From Chlamydiota bacterium (GTDB lineage Bacteria; Chlamydiota; Chlamydiia; Chlamydiales; SM23-39), in the NCBI GenBank assembly GCA_050049995.1, contig JASFVE010000044.1, positions 1 to 15,479 on the forward strand: a stretch of DNA of 15,479 bases, in the 5' to 3' direction. The position numbers were made by a program, and so were the translations under genes. Below, one piece after another: positions 13,967 to 15,479 of this stretch. Under the pieces are notes generated by a model. The model was not told where the DNA came from, ran no database searches, and saw nothing but the letters and a program-made list of their open reading frames with translations. Position 1 is the stretch's first letter, and every line of letters begins with the position of its first letter.

Positions 13967-15479
13967 ATGAAGTCTACTTCGTCGGATAGGAAAAGACTTG
14001 TTTTAGTAGCGGTTTTCCTTTTTGGCCTTAATGTATTACTTATTCTTCAATTTTATAAAATTCAAATTATTCAACAAGAAAAGTGGACTCAAGGAGCATT
14101 AGCTCAGCATCAAAAAATAGTTGTTGAAACATTTCGTCGAGGAACTATTTATTCTAATACTACTGTTAAAGAGGGGCATCTTCAAGAGGAGCAGCCCTTT
14201 GTTTTAGATGTTTTAAAATTTCATCTCTACATTGATCCCCATTCCATTCCAGCTTCAGAAAAGAAAGCTGTTTGTAAAAAAATTTGTCAATTTTTGCATA
14301 AGACAAATGAAAAGCCTATCTATCAAGAGTTTTTAAAAAAAAGCCGCAGTAGAAAAATAGCTACTTGGCTAGATAAAGACCAAAAAAATCAAATCTTATC
14401 TTGGTGGAAATCTTATGCAAAACAGAAAAAAATTGTCTCGAATGCTGTTTATTTTGTGAAAGAATACCAACGGTCCTATCCTTTTGGAGCCATGCTAGGT
14501 CAAGTTTTGCAAACAGTCCAAGATATTAAAGACCCTAAAACAATGCAGGCTTATCCAATAGGAGGCCTTGAGCTTTCATTAAATAACTTTTTAAAAGGAA
14601 AAATAGGAAAAAAAGTTTTGCAAAGATCTGCTAGGAACCCAATGGATTCCGGGGTTGTTATTAATCAGCCGGAAGACGGGGCAGATGTTTATCTTACAAT
14701 TAATCATTATCTGCAGGCAATAGTTGAAGAAGAGTTGAAAAAAGGGGTAGAGGTAAGTGAGGCAAAAGGGGGATGGGCTATAATAATGGACCCATTTAAT
14801 GGAAATATTTTAGCACTTGCTCAATATCCTTTTTTTGATCCAAGAAAATATAGAGAGTATTTCAACTCGGAAAAGTTAAAAGAGCACGCCAAAGTCAAAG
14901 CCGTTTCAGATGCTTTTGAGCCAGCTTCAATTTTTAAAGTGATAACTACAGCTATTTGCATGCAAGCTAATGATGAACTCATGCAAAAAAATAAAGACCC
15001 TTTATTTACACCTGAAGAAAAAGTTCCTACTTCCAATGGACACTTTCCAGGGAGGAAAAAGCCTCTTCGAGACGGTAGACTTCACAAGTTTTTAAACTTA
15101 AATATGGCACTGCAAAAATCTTCTAATGTGTATTTTGGTCAACTTATAAAAAGAGTGATCGAGACGTTTGGGGAAAGTTGGTATAGAGAAAAGCTTTTGC
15201 AATTTGGATTCGGGCAAAAAACAAATATTGAATTGCCAGCAGAAACATTAGGCTTAGTACCTACTCCTGGGAAAAAGCATCAGAACGGAACACTTGAATG
15301 GTCTAAATCAACCCCTTATTCGCTTGCCATGGGACACAATATTTTAATTAATAGCATACAAATGGTAAAAGCGTTTTCTGTTATAGCTAATGGAGGCTTT
15401 TTAGTTGAACCTACTTTAATTCGAAAAATACAAAAAAATAACGAAGTGATTTTAGACAATACTATCGAAAAAAAATATC
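13967..15479 (+). CDS. ftsI: Class B penicillin-binding protein PBP3/FtsI (3' end runs off the window)
   Basis: Not in the ORF track; translated by hand. ATG directly after the ftsL TAA gives MKSTSSDRKRLVLVAVFLFGLNVLLILQFYKIQI...FRRGTIYSN...QRSYPFG...GGLE...GADVYLTI...MDPFNGNILALAQYP...FEPASIFK (SxxK, Ser codon at 14927, frame checked)...LQKSSNVYF (SxN). The KTG motif would lie beyond the window. Confidence 0.95.
   Translation, partial: MKSTSSDRKRLVLVAVFLFGLNVLLILQFYKIQIIQQEKWTQGALAQHQKIVVETFRRGTIYSNTTVKEGHLQEEQPFVLDVLKFHLYIDPHSIPASEKKAVCKKICQFLHKTNEKPIYQEFLKKSRSRKIATWLDKDQKNQILSWWKSYAKQKKIVSNAVYFVKEYQRSYPFGAMLGQVLQTVQDIKDPKTMQAYPIGGLELSLNNFLKGKIGKKVLQRSARNPMDSGVVINQPEDGADVYLTINHYLQAIVEEELKKGVEVSEAKGGWAIIMDPFNGNILALAQYPFFDPRKYREYFNSEKLKEHAKVKAVSDAFEPASIFKVITTAICMQANDELMQKNKDPLFTPEEKVPTSNGHFPGRKKPLRDGRLHKFLNLNMALQKSSNVYFGQLIKRVIETFGESWYREKLLQFGFGQKTNIELPAETLGLVPTPGKKHQNGTLEWSKSTPYSLAMGHNILINSIQMVKAFSVIANGGFLVEPTLIRKIQKNNEVILDNTIEKKY

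Noticed and set aside
14821..15036. 71-aa minus-strand ORF
   Set aside because: Antisense to the ftsI transpeptidase domain (overlaps the SxxK motif).

Overview
AT-rich bacterial chromosomal segment, almost certainly from a non-Chlamydiaceae ('environmental') member of the Chlamydiota. It follows the C. trachomatis CT270-CT279 neighbourhood as I recall it. Left, on the minus strand: nqrB and partial nqrC of the Na+-translocating NADH:quinone reductase. Next, on the plus strand: a 1614-aa membrane-anchored, beta-rich protein (AsmA/TamB/YhdP-like by inference), a truncated ComF-like zinc-ribbon gene, and a translationally coupled tandem array of three paralogous small proteins with Inc-like bilobed hydrophobic domains. 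A frameshifted relic of a fourth copy precedes that array. Then a minus-strand unit (CT273-like gene, TPR type III chaperone-like gene, dnaA) is divergent from the start of the dcw cluster (mraZ, rsmH, ftsL, partial ftsI/pbp3). The most notable non-routine elements are (i) the expanding, mosaic Inc-like paralog array, (ii) the roughly 330-bp divergent control region with five GTGGGAAA boxes in both orientations plus a 14-bp palindrome, and (iii) a possible SctX/SctY-like pair upstream of dnaA. No rRNA, tRNA, CRISPR or transposase was seen. All family assignments are by motif recognition; no searches were run.
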